Source: an uncultured Gemmatimonadales bacterium
Lineage (GTDB): Bacteria; Gemmatimonadota; Gemmatimonadetes; Longimicrobiales; Gaopeijiaceae
NCBI GenBank assembly: GCA_937983085.1
Contig: CALJKZ010000121.1
Coordinates: 1-54,146, forward strand
Direction of reading: 5' to 3'
DNA: 54,146 bases
The notes beneath the pieces are model-generated. The model did no database searches and was not told the DNA's origin. It saw only the letters and a list, made by a program, of their open reading frames with translations. This document shows, piece by piece, positions 17,232-26,387 of the stretch (the first letter of the stretch is position 1; every line of letters starts with the position of its first letter). A program made the position numbers and the translations under genes.

Positions 17232-18221
17232 TCAGCGTGCGTCGGTCGCGTTCAAGCCGACCGGACGGCCGTCCAGGGGCGCGTCGACGGGCGGTTCGAT
17301 CCTCAGGTGGGCGAGCGCGGTGGCGGCTACGTCCACGATGAAGGTCGGGCCGTCGATCAAAGGGACGGCCGAAGGCCCGCTGACGATGATGAAGGTGGTC
17401 ATCTCCTCCGGGGAGTCGCCACCGTGGCCCCCGTCGGCGCGCCGTCCGTGGTCGGTGCTCACCACGATCAACCAGTCCTCGGACGCGTAGGAGGCTCGAC
17501 CCTCGACGGCTTCGATGAGGCGACCCACCTCCGCGTCGGCTATGGCGATGGCCTCCCGGTACTCCGTCCCGATGGAGCCCGCTTGGTGGCTCGTCTCGTC
17601 GGGATTGCCCAGGTACACGAAGAGGGCGTCGGGGTCGTCGTCAGTGAGTCGGGCGACGGCGAAGTCCACGCTGCGGGTGTCGGCCTCCGCCCAGCCCAGC
17701 TCGTATCCGTCCAGGGCTTCGCGGACATCCACGTCCGGTCCTACCAGGGCTCGTCTGCCGTCGAGCTCCATGAGGGGCAACCAGTCGGCGACCGCCAAGG
17801 TGACGAGTTCGGGTCGGGCGGCTTCGACCCGGCTCAGAAAGTCGGGATACTCGTCGTAGCGGGGCGCCGTGAAGTCGTTGCTGACGACGCCGTGCTTTGC
17901 GGGCCATACGCCCGTGAGCATGGACGACCAGGACGGCCCGCTCACCGAGGGCGTGGTGGTGGTGGTCTCGTCGGTGAAGGCACCGTCGGCTGCAAGCGCG
18001 TCGAGGTGGGGTGTCGGCACCTCGGCGAGGACGTCGGGCCGGACGCCGTCGATGCCGATGAGCAGCACCTTGGGCCTGAGGTCGGAGCCCGACTCCGGGT
18101 CCGATCCTCCGCACCCGACGACGAGGACGCCTACGAAAGCCACCAGAGATCGTCGGAGCGCCGAGGGGCTCCCCCGTTGCGTGCCGCCTGCTTTTTCGCT
18201 CCACTTCGACGGTCGCATCAT
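17232..18221 (-). CDS. Type I phosphodiesterase / nucleotide pyrophosphatase (ENPP / alkaline-phosphatase superfamily) lipoprotein
   Basis: Lipobox VLVVGCGG. Metal and nucleophile region LIGIDGVRPD ... TTPSVSGPSWSSMLTG, and later STDHGR. Confidence 0.85.
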   Translation of the reverse strand: MMRPSKWSEKAGGTQRGSPSALRRSLVAFVGVLVVGCGGSDPESGSDLRPKVLLIGIDGVRPDVLAEVPTPHLDALAADGAFTDETTTTTPSVSGPSWSSMLTGVWPAKHGVVSNDFTAPRYDEYPDFLSRVEAARPELVTLAVADWLPLMELDGRRALVGPDVDVREALDGYELGWAEADTRSVDFAVARLTDDDPDALFVYLGNPDETSHQAGSIGTEYREAIAIADAEVGRLIEAVEGRASYASEDWLIVVSTDHGRRADGGHGGDSPEEMTTFIIVSGPSAVPLIDGPTFIVDVAATALAHLRIEPPVDAPLDGRPVGLNATDAR

Positions 18222-18247
18222 CAGTACAACTCCCGGAGGTTCGAAGG

Positions 18248-18607
18248 ATGCCCGTTCGCCACGTCGATGCCCACCCGGCCGAGGAAGTGAAGGCCGGCAA
18301 CGGTACCAAGGTCCAGGTGCTCATCGGCCCCGACGAGGGACCGAACTTCGCCATGCGCCGCTTCGTCATGGAGCCCGGTGGCGGGATGCCGCTCCACACC
18401 AACAAGGTGGAGCACGAACAGTACGTCCTCCGCGGCAGCGCGCGAGTCCAGATCGGCGACGAGGTGCATCACGTGAAGGCCGGGGACGTCGTCTACATTC
18501 CCGGCGGGGTGCCCCACAACTACCAGGCCGACGAGGGCGACGAGCCCTTCGAGTTCCTGTGTGTGGTGCCCAATCAGCCCGACGAGATCTCGCTGGTGGA
18601 CTGCTGA
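18248..18607 (+). CDS. Cupin domain protein
   Basis: GGAGG at 18235-18239 precedes the ATG. Cupin motifs GGGMPLHTNKVEHEQYVLRG and GDVVYIPGGVPHNY are present. Confidence 0.85.
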   Translation: MPVRHVDAHPAEEVKAGNGTKVQVLIGPDEGPNFAMRRFVMEPGGGMPLHTNKVEHEQYVLRGSARVQIGDEVHHVKAGDVVYIPGGVPHNYQADEGDEPFEFLCVVPNQPDEISLVDC

Positions 18608-18625
18608 CCCGGGACGGCGTTCGCC

Positions 18626-19114
18626 CTACCCGGCGAACTCCACCCCGCCGCCGGCGGCCTCCGCCGCCAGAAGGGCGGTGTCGGCGGCGCGCAGCAGTTC
18701 CTGGGATGAGGCGAAGGACTCGCTGAAGGCGGTGAGGCCGAAGCAGACAGCGCCGGGAGCGATCCCCTTCAGCGCGACCTCCACGCGATCGGCGGCGATG
18801 CGGCCACCCTGTACGTTGGTGCCCAGGAGAAGGACCACGTAACGCCCGGAGCCGACGTGGGAGACCAGGTCCGAGTTCCGTGTGGTGCGCTGCACCGCCT
18901 CGCCCAACTCGCGGATGGCCTTCGATGGCGTGGTCTCGTCGGCGCCGGCGGAGACGAGCATCACCGTGAAGGGCATCCCCCGATCGCCGGCCTCGAACAT
19001 GTAGTCGTAGACGAGGTCGAAGTGGAGCCGATTGGCTAGCCCCGTCTGTGCGTCGATGAGCGCCGGGTGGGAACGGGCGTACCCGTGGGCGTTCGACTTC
19101 TCACTGGTAAGCAT
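18626..19114 (-). CDS. Stand-alone degenerate GGDEF domain protein (I-site retained, A-site lost)
   Basis: DAQTGLANRLHF matches the start of the GGDEF fold. RNSD (RxxD) lies 5 residues before GSGRY, which occupies the GG(D/E)EF position. The upstream DxDxFK metal site is replaced by LVSAGAD. Confidence 0.75.
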   Translation of the reverse strand: MLTSEKSNAHGYARSHPALIDAQTGLANRLHFDLVYDYMFEAGDRGMPFTVMLVSAGADETTPSKAIRELGEAVQRTTRNSDLVSHVGSGRYVVLLLGTNVQGGRIAADRVEVALKGIAPGAVCFGLTAFSESFASSQELLRAADTALLAAEAAGGGVEFAG

Positions 19115-19274
19115 CCATGCTCCGCATTCACGGTTGGGGGGCCGCGACCTTCAATCTCGAAGGATCGGGCCCATCGTGCCACTGGGGTGTGGCAGATAGA
19201 ATGCGGACGGCGCAGGGTAGAAGGTGGTCCTCGTCGGGCGGGGACAGATGCGGCCTGGCCGCGACCCCGGCGGC

Positions 19275-21254
19275 CTACTGGTCCCGGGGCAGCGACAGTG
19301 CGATGAGTTCCGCCGGCTCGCCGTTGCCTCCCACCGACACCACGATGAACTGGTGGCCCTCGTGCATGTAGGTCATGGGAAGGCCGACCTGGGCGTTGGG
19401 AAGCTCGATCTCTGCGATGGTCTCACCCGTGGCCTTGTCCAGCGCGCGGAAGACGGCGTCTCCCGACGCCCCCTCCCCGGCGAGCAGTAGTGTCTTCGTG
19501 ACGAGGACGCCCGCGCGGGAAACCTTGCCCGTGCGGGGGATGAGGGCCGGATCGATGCCGAGCCTTTCGGCGACATGGTCTGGCGTATCGCCGTTGGGCA
19601 CGGCCCACGCCAGGTCACCGCGGGACAAGTCCAGGGCGGTGATGCGCCCCCACGGGGGCTTCACGATGGGCACCCCCGGAGCCACCTGGGCTCGAGCGAA
19701 GCCGAAGATGTAGTCCATGTCCGATCGGTCGCCCCCGGGGACCAGAGCCAGGACCGTGGCATTCGTCTGGGACCCCACGTAGAGCATACCGGTCTCGGGG
19801 TCGAGGGCGCCCCCCTCCCAGTTGGCGCCCCCGATGGTGCTGGGAAGCATGAGCGTGCCACGCGTCCCGTCGGGAGCCTCGGCCAGGGACGGTGGAGTGA
19901 ACAGAGTCCCCATGCGGAAGTCCGCCACCGCTTCCAGGGCCTGCTCCTTGATCTCCGGCGTGAAGTCGATGAGGTCGTCTTCGCTGAAGCCCTGTCGGTC
20001 GAAAGGCGGTGGCTTGGTCGGGAAGGGCTGGGTGGGAGACGTCCACTCGCCGGGGACGTCGGTCTGGGGGACGGGTCGCTCTTCGATGGGCCAGATGGGC
20101 TCGCCCGTGATCCGGTCGAAGACGTACGTGAAGCCCTGCTTGGTGATCTGGGCGACGATCTTGCGTTCCTCTCCGTCCACCTCGATGTCGGCGAGGATGG
20201 GGAAGGTGGGGTTGTCCCAGTCCCAGATGTCGTGGTGGATGATCTGGAAGTGCCAGACCTTCTCCCCGGTTCGCGAGTCGAGGCAGACGAGGCTGGTGGA
20301 GAAAAGGTTGTCGCCGGGTCGGTGCCCTCCGTAGTAGTCGCCGGTGGCCGCCTCCGTCGGCAGGTACACGTACCCGGTCTCGGGATCGAAGGAGATGGGT
20401 GCCCACACGGCGGCGTTCCCCGTGTACTCCCATGAATCCTCGAGCCAGGTCTCGTTGCCCTCTTCCCCGAGGTCGGGAATGGTCTTGAACGTCCAGAGCG
20501 TCTCTCCGGTACGGACGTCGAAGCCGCGCACGTCGCCCGGCGTGTTCACCCTCGAGGGGGGACGGAGGCCCACATGGTGGGCCGACCCCACCACCACGAC
20601 GTCGTCCACCACCGTCGGTGGAGAACTGGCCCCGATGGTACCGACGAGAGGGATGCCGTCCCGCGTGCGGTGGCCGTCGTTGAGGTCGAGGATTCCACCG
20701 TCAGCGAAACCGTCCACCGGGAGGCCGGTCTTTGCGTCGAGCGCAGCCAGGTGGTAGCCCGGAGTGACCACGAGAATGCGCTCGTCGCCGGCCCCGTCGG
20801 TCCAGTAGGCCACGCCCCGTCCCGGGTTCGCCCTGGGCGCTTCGGACAGGCGCTCACCCTCGTCCATGCGCCAGACCCAGAGCGTCTCGCCGGTTCCGGC
20901 GTCGATGGCCACCACGCTCCGCCGCATGCCGGCGGTGGCGTACAGCACGCCGTTGATCATGAGGGGCGTGGTGGCGGACCGGATGTAGGGGTTGGGCCCG
21001 AAATTGCGCGCGTTCCATCGCCAGACGATCTCCAGGTCACCGACGTTGTCGGCGTCGATCTGGTCCAGGGCCGAGTACCGGGTGTGCCCCGGGTCCCCCC
21101 CGTACACAGGCCATTCACCCGCGGGAGCCCCCGTTTGTGCGAGGCCCGGGGAAGGCGCCACCAGCAGGAGCCACAGGGCGACGAGGGAGGTGGGGGCGCG
21201 GGAACGCGACAGGGCAGGGAGGATGGGCATGGCGACGGCGATGGGGGAGTGCAT
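19275..21254 (-). CDS. PQQ-dependent dehydrogenase (quinoprotein, beta-propeller), secreted
   Basis: Signal peptide ending PSPGLAQ. N-terminus EWPVYGGDPGHTRYSALDQI and repeated W-containing propeller blades are present, and the length is typical of soluble quinoprotein dehydrogenases. Confidence 0.85.
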   Translation of the reverse strand: MHSPIAVAMPILPALSRSRAPTSLVALWLLLVAPSPGLAQTGAPAGEWPVYGGDPGHTRYSALDQIDADNVGDLEIVWRWNARNFGPNPYIRSATTPLMINGVLYATAGMRRSVVAIDAGTGETLWVWRMDEGERLSEAPRANPGRGVAYWTDGAGDERILVVTPGYHLAALDAKTGLPVDGFADGGILDLNDGHRTRDGIPLVGTIGASSPPTVVDDVVVVGSAHHVGLRPPSRVNTPGDVRGFDVRTGETLWTFKTIPDLGEEGNETWLEDSWEYTGNAAVWAPISFDPETGYVYLPTEAATGDYYGGHRPGDNLFSTSLVCLDSRTGEKVWHFQIIHHDIWDWDNPTFPILADIEVDGEERKIVAQITKQGFTYVFDRITGEPIWPIEERPVPQTDVPGEWTSPTQPFPTKPPPFDRQGFSEDDLIDFTPEIKEQALEAVADFRMGTLFTPPSLAEAPDGTRGTLMLPSTIGGANWEGGALDPETGMLYVGSQTNATVLALVPGGDRSDMDYIFGFARAQVAPGVPIVKPPWGRITALDLSRGDLAWAVPNGDTPDHVAERLGIDPALIPRTGKVSRAGVLVTKTLLLAGEGASGDAVFRALDKATGETIAEIELPNAQVGLPMTYMHEGHQFIVVSVGGNGEPAELIALSLPRDQ

Positions 21255-21407
21255 CGAAGTGCGGTATTCTGAGCGTCGCCGTCCGGACCCGCCACCCCGG
21301 TGAGGCCGCGGCGGGGCAGGTCGGACCCCACTCGGTTGCCCGCCCTACACCCCTCGGATACCCTAGCTTCGCCCCGGTCACGCGACCTTCGAACCCTGAG
21401 ACGTACC

Positions 21408-24260
21408 ATGCTCATCCTCCGCACTCTCGTCGCCGTCACCCTCTTCGCGGTCCTCGCCGGTACGGTGGCTGCCCAGGAATCGCGTCCCCTCGATCACGAG
21501 GACTACGCTCGATGGAATCGCATCCAGAGCGATGTTCTGTCGAAGGACGGGCGATGGTTGGCGTACCGCTTGGTCCCGGGTGAGGGCGATGCCACGCTGA
21601 TGATCAGGGACCTGGAGGGGGGTGGTGAGTTTGCTCTGGAGCGGGGCGCCCAACCCCGCTTCACCGCCGACGGACGGTACCTGGTGGCGATGATCGATCC
21701 CATGGAGTCGGTGGTGGACTCCCTGCGGGCCGAGGGCACCCGGGGTGACGACATGCCCGACGACTCCCTCGCCGTCGTCGATCTGGCCGACTTCTCGGTG
21801 GACCGGGTGCCCGACGTGGTCTCGTACCGGCTGCCCGAGGACGGCGGTGGCTGGATGGCGTATCGGATGGCGGAGGTGGACGCCGACGACGAGGTCGAGG
21901 AGGAGACGGAAGAGCCAACGGAGGAAGAGGAAAGAGAGGACAAGGAAGAGGCACCACGCCTGGACGACGGAACGACACTGGTCGTCCGCACCCTGGGGTC
22001 CGGCGCCGAATGGCGCTTCGAGTACGCCGTGGCCTACGCGTTCCCAGCCGACGGATCGCTCCTGTACTACACGGCGTCGGGAGACGATGGGGCCGCCGAT
22101 GGCGTCTTCCGCATCCGGCCCGGCGGGGGCGCCGACATCGTCGCGTCCGGCGAGGGTCGGTACGTCCAGCTGGCTGTGGCCGACGATGGGGCCGTGGCCT
22201 TCCTCACCGACCGCGACGATCGTGACTCGGAGGCACCCGACTTCGCGCTCTATGCTGCCGATGACGGTGGATCGGCGGTCGCGCGCGTGGCCGCGGGCGC
22301 TTCGGCGCTGCCCGCCGGTTGGGCGCCCAGCGAGCACGGCGACGTGGACTTCTCCGAGTCGGGCGCTCGGGTCTTCTTCGGCACGCGACCGGCCCCCGAG
22401 CCCGACCCCGAGAACCCGGTGCCGGAGCACGAGCGCGTCGAAGTGGACGTCTGGAACTGGAAGGACCCCCTCCTTCAGCCCATGCAGAAGGTGCGGGCCC
22501 AGCAGGAACGGGAACGGACGTACCGCGCCATGGTGGATCTCGCGTCGGGTCGGGTCATGCAGATCGCCACCGAGGACGTGCCCCAGGTGGAGGTGGGACG
22601 CGACGGGGACGGGTCCATCGCCCTGGGGACCAGCGATCTGCCCTACCGCCAACTCATCTCGTGGGACGGCTTCTACTCGGACCTGTACGTCATCGACCTG
22701 GAAGACGGCTCCCGCGACTTGGTTGCAGAGATGGTGCGCGGCGGTGGCGACCTCTCCCCCGACGAGCGCTACGTCACCCGGTGGGACGGCTTCGACCTCA
22801 CCTGGTACGCCATCGATGTCGAGACCGGTGAGTCCATCGACCTGACGGCCGCCCTCGACGTTTCCGTCCACGACATCCTGGACGACCATCCCGACGCGCT
22901 GCGGACCTACGGAGCCGCGGGCTGGACGGAGGGTGACGAAGCCTTCCTCGTCTACGACCAGTTCGACATCTGGGCCATCGACCCCACGGGCAACCGTGCG
23001 CCTCGCAACGTCACCGAGGGCGCCGGACGGGCGTCCGAGACCCGATTCCGATACCTGGATCTCGACCCCGATGACCCGGTCGTGCCCCACGACGAGGACG
23101 TGCTTCTTGCCTCCTTCGGTGTGTACTCCAAGGCCAGCGGCGTCTACCGGGACCGCTTCGACGGCAACCGGCGGCCCGAGGTTCTGCTGGAGGGTGATGC
23201 CCGGTACGCGTCCACCCGAAAGGCCGAGGACGCGGATGTGGTGACCTTCACCCGGTCCACCTTCCAGGAGTTCCCCGACCTCTGGGTCAGCGACCTCGAC
23301 TTCGACCGGCCGACGAAGGTCACGGCGGCGAACCCGCAGCAGTCCGAGTACTCCTGGGGCACCGCCGAGATCGTGGAGTGGACCTCCAACGACGGCATCG
23401 AGCTCCAGGGGATCCTCTACAAGCCCGACGGCTTCGACCCGGCGGAGGAGTACCCCATGATGGTGTACTTCTACGAGCGGTCGTCCGACGGACTCCATCA
23501 GTACACCGTTCCGGCACCGGGCAGCTCGTCCATCAACCGGAGCTTCTACGTGAGTCGGGGCTACCTACTCTTCGTCCCCGACATCCCCTACCGCATCGGC
23601 TACCCCGGGGAGAGCGCCGTCGACGCCGTGGTGCCCGGCGTGGTTTCGCTCATCGACCAGGGCTTCGTGGACCGGGACCGCATCGGGGTCCAGGGGCACT
23701 CGTGGGGCGGGTATCAGATCGCCTACATGGTCACGCGAAGCGACATCTTCGCCGCGGCTGAGGCGGGGGCGCCGGTGTCGAACATGACCAGCGCCTACGG
23801 TGGCATCCGGTGGGCCTCGGGAATGAGCCGGGCGTTCCAATACGAGCGCACCCAGAGCCGCATCGGCGGGTCCCTGTGGGACGAGACGCTCCGCTACATC
23901 GAGAACTCCCCCATCTTCACCGCCGACAAGATCCGTACGCCGGTGCTGATGATGCACAACGACGAGGACGGTGCGGTCCCCTGGTATCAGGGCATCGAGC
24001 TCTTCGTCGCCATGCGCCGACTGGGTAAACCGGTCTGGATGCTCAACTACAACGGTGAGGCCCATGGCCTCCGACAGGAACACAACCAGAGGGATTGGGC
24101 CATCCGCATGCAGCAGTTCTTCGATCACTACCTCATGGACCAGCCCATGCCGGTGTGGATGGACGAGGGCGTCCCGGCCATCCTGAAGGGCGAGACGCTG
24201 GGGCTGGAGCTGACCACGAAGAGGGTCGTGTCGGAGGAGGAGGGTGAGCCCGGACGCTGA
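21408..24260 (+). CDS. S9 family prolyl oligopeptidase-type serine peptidase, secreted, with N-terminal propeller
   Basis: An internal ATG at 21408 in ORF 21300..24260 gives the signal peptide MLILRTLVAVTLFAVLAGTVAAQ. Triad contexts are GVQGHSWGGYQ, HNDEDGAVP and GEAHGL. Confidence 0.9.
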   Translation: MLILRTLVAVTLFAVLAGTVAAQESRPLDHEDYARWNRIQSDVLSKDGRWLAYRLVPGEGDATLMIRDLEGGGEFALERGAQPRFTADGRYLVAMIDPMESVVDSLRAEGTRGDDMPDDSLAVVDLADFSVDRVPDVVSYRLPEDGGGWMAYRMAEVDADDEVEEETEEPTEEEEREDKEEAPRLDDGTTLVVRTLGSGAEWRFEYAVAYAFPADGSLLYYTASGDDGAADGVFRIRPGGGADIVASGEGRYVQLAVADDGAVAFLTDRDDRDSEAPDFALYAADDGGSAVARVAAGASALPAGWAPSEHGDVDFSESGARVFFGTRPAPEPDPENPVPEHERVEVDVWNWKDPLLQPMQKVRAQQERERTYRAMVDLASGRVMQIATEDVPQVEVGRDGDGSIALGTSDLPYRQLISWDGFYSDLYVIDLEDGSRDLVAEMVRGGGDLSPDERYVTRWDGFDLTWYAIDVETGESIDLTAALDVSVHDILDDHPDALRTYGAAGWTEGDEAFLVYDQFDIWAIDPTGNRAPRNVTEGAGRASETRFRYLDLDPDDPVVPHDEDVLLASFGVYSKASGVYRDRFDGNRRPEVLLEGDARYASTRKAEDADVVTFTRSTFQEFPDLWVSDLDFDRPTKVTAANPQQSEYSWGTAEIVEWTSNDGIELQGILYKPDGFDPAEEYPMMVYFYERSSDGLHQYTVPAPGSSSINRSFYVSRGYLLFVPDIPYRIGYPGESAVDAVVPGVVSLIDQGFVDRDRIGVQGHSWGGYQIAYMVTRSDIFAAAEAGAPVSNMTSAYGGIRWASGMSRAFQYERTQSRIGGSLWDETLRYIENSPIFTADKIRTPVLMMHNDEDGAVPWYQGIELFVAMRRLGKPVWMLNYNGEAHGLRQEHNQRDWAIRMQQFFDHYLMDQPMPVWMDEGVPAILKGETLGLELTTKRVVSEEEGEPGR

Positions 24261-25269
24261 GCGGAGCGGGGGCTCCCGTCGCGGGCTCACGCCCGTCGCT
24301 GCCACCCTTCTCCTCCTGGCCGTGGTCTTCGTCGCCGGACCGCGCCCCGACGTGGACGATCGCTGGATGGAGCCGCGGCTCCCCGCCTCCGGGCCGGAGC
24401 TCTCGCCTGCCGCGCTGGACGAGTATCTGACGGCGACCGAGGCCGCCGTACCCGATCTCCGCCCAGGGGACGCCAAGGGCATCGTCTGGGCCGACGACGA
24501 GACTCCGGCTCGGACCCCCGCGTCGCTGGTCTACCTTCACGGGTTCTCCGCCGACCGCCACGAGATCGAACCCGTGGTGTCTCTCCTGGGGGCCTCTCTC
24601 GGCGCCAACGTCTACTTCACGCGGCTCACGGGCCATGGACGCGACGGCGCAGCGATGGAGGCGGCTACGGCCGCGGACTGGCTCGACGACACCGCGGAGG
24701 CGGTGGCGGTGGGGGCGGCCATCGGGGAGCGCGTCGTGGTCATCGGGACGTCGACCGGAGGCACGCTCGCCTCGTGGGCCGCCATGCGCCCGGAGTCCCA
24801 CGGGCGCATCGACGCGCTGGTGCTGGTGTCTCCGAACTTCCAACCGAAGGATCGGTCCTCACGGGTGCTGCTCTATCCCTGGGGAGGTACCCTCGCCCGC
24901 CTCCTCGTGGGTCCCGAACGCTGCTTCGAGCCGGAGAATGACGCCCAGGAGCGACACTGGACCACCTGCTACCCCACGTCGTCCCTCTTACCCATGATGG
25001 CTCTGGTGGAGCACGTACGGACCATGAGCCTCGAAGGGTGGGGCGTCCCCACGCTGCTCGTGTACGCGCCGGAGGACCGGGTCGTGGACGCCCAGGAGAC
25101 GGAGCGGGTCCTGGCGTCCCTGCCCGGGGACCTCCTACGTGTCCACGTCGTCGCCGAGACGGGTGACCCGGCGAGCCACGTTCTGGCGGGCGATGTTCTG
25201 TCGCCGGAGACCAACCAAGAACTCCACGATGTCATCGCGTCCTTCGTACGCGACATTCTGGGCGACTGA
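24244..25269 (+). CDS. Alpha/beta hydrolase (membrane-anchored or secreted esterase/lipase type)
   Basis: GTG start overlapping the peptidase 3' end by 17 nt. N-terminal hydrophobic anchor, then VYLHGFSADRHE, nucleophile elbow IGTSTGG and C-terminal DPASHV. Confidence 0.75.
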   Translation: MSPDAERSGGSRRGLTPVAATLLLLAVVFVAGPRPDVDDRWMEPRLPASGPELSPAALDEYLTATEAAVPDLRPGDAKGIVWADDETPARTPASLVYLHGFSADRHEIEPVVSLLGASLGANVYFTRLTGHGRDGAAMEAATAADWLDDTAEAVAVGAAIGERVVVIGTSTGGTLASWAAMRPESHGRIDALVLVSPNFQPKDRSSRVLLYPWGGTLARLLVGPERCFEPENDAQERHWTTCYPTSSLLPMMALVEHVRTMSLEGWGVPTLLVYAPEDRVVDAQETERVLASLPGDLLRVHVVAETGDPASHVLAGDVLSPETNQELHDVIASFVRDILGD

Positions 25270-25288
25270 CCCCCCATCGAGTGGACCC

Positions 25289-26356
25289 ATGGACTTTCTG
25301 ACGACCTCCTTCCTCGGGAACGACACCCAGGCGTGGCTCATTGCAGCCACCGTGACCATCGCCTCGTTCGTCGCCCTGCGCTTTCTGGCCGGGTGGTCGG
25401 CGAAGCGACTCCGGTCCTTCGCCGATACCACGCGGGGCTACTGGGACGATGTGGTGGCGAGCAGTCTCGCAGCCACGCGGGGCGCCCTCCTCTTCCTGGT
25501 ATCCCTCTACCTCGGAAGCCGTGTTCTGGTGGTGCCCGACGTCGCCGGCGACGTCCTGGAGAGCGTGGCCATCATCGCCCTCCTCCTCCAGGCCGGTCTA
25601 TGGACGAGCGCCGGACTGACGACGTGGATCGAGGCCCGAACCAGGGCCACGCTCGAAGACGACCCAGCTCAGGTGATGACGCTCAACGTCATCGGGATCT
25701 TCCTCCGCCTGGTCCTGTGGTCCATGGTCACGCTCCTCGCCCTCGAGAATCTCGGCGTGGACGTCACGGCCCTCATCGCGGGGCTGGGTATCGGCGGGAT
25801 CGCCGTCGCTCTGGCTGCCCAGAACATCCTCGGCGACCTCTACGCCTCCATCTCCATCGCTCTGGACAAGCGCTTCGTGCTCGGCGACTTCGTGACCGTG
25901 GGCGACTTCCAGGGCACGGTGGAGTCCATCGGGTTGAAGACCACCCGCCTCCGGAGCCTCTCGGGCGAGCAGGTCGTCTTCTCCAACACCGACCTGCTGG
26001 ACAGCCGGCTGCGAAACTACGGACGCATGTACGAGCGGCGGGTTCTCCTCAAGGTCGGCGTGACGTATCGAACGCCTCGGGACCAGCTGGAACGACTGCC
26101 GGCACTCCTTCGGGAGTTGGTCGAGAGCCGCGGAGGGGACGATGTGCGGATCAACCGCTCGCACCTCTCCAACTACGGCGACTCGGCCATCGAGTTCGAG
26201 ACCGTGTACCACGTGCTCAGCCCCGACTACGAGCTCCACATGGACATCAAGCAGGACGTGTACCTCATGCTGCATGCCGCGTTCGACGAGCGCGGAATCG
26301 AGTTCGCCTACCCGACGCAGACGGTCGTACTCGAGCGGGCGGGGGATCAGGCGTAG
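25289..26356 (+). CDS. Mechanosensitive ion channel (MscS family)
   Basis: An internal ATG at 25289. Several TM helices are followed by the conserved MscS core GIGGIAVALAAQNILGDLYASISIALDKRFVLGDFVTVGDFQGTVESIGLKTTRLRSLSGEQVVFSN. Confidence 0.9.
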   Translation: MDFLTTSFLGNDTQAWLIAATVTIASFVALRFLAGWSAKRLRSFADTTRGYWDDVVASSLAATRGALLFLVSLYLGSRVLVVPDVAGDVLESVAIIALLLQAGLWTSAGLTTWIEARTRATLEDDPAQVMTLNVIGIFLRLVLWSMVTLLALENLGVDVTALIAGLGIGGIAVALAAQNILGDLYASISIALDKRFVLGDFVTVGDFQGTVESIGLKTTRLRSLSGEQVVFSNTDLLDSRLRNYGRMYERRVLLKVGVTYRTPRDQLERLPALLRELVESRGGDDVRINRSHLSNYGDSAIEFETVYHVLSPDYELHMDIKQDVYLMLHAAFDERGIEFAYPTQTVVLERAGDQA

Positions 26357-26387
26357 CGTCTGCCGAGAGTGGGCCGCCGCTTCCGCG

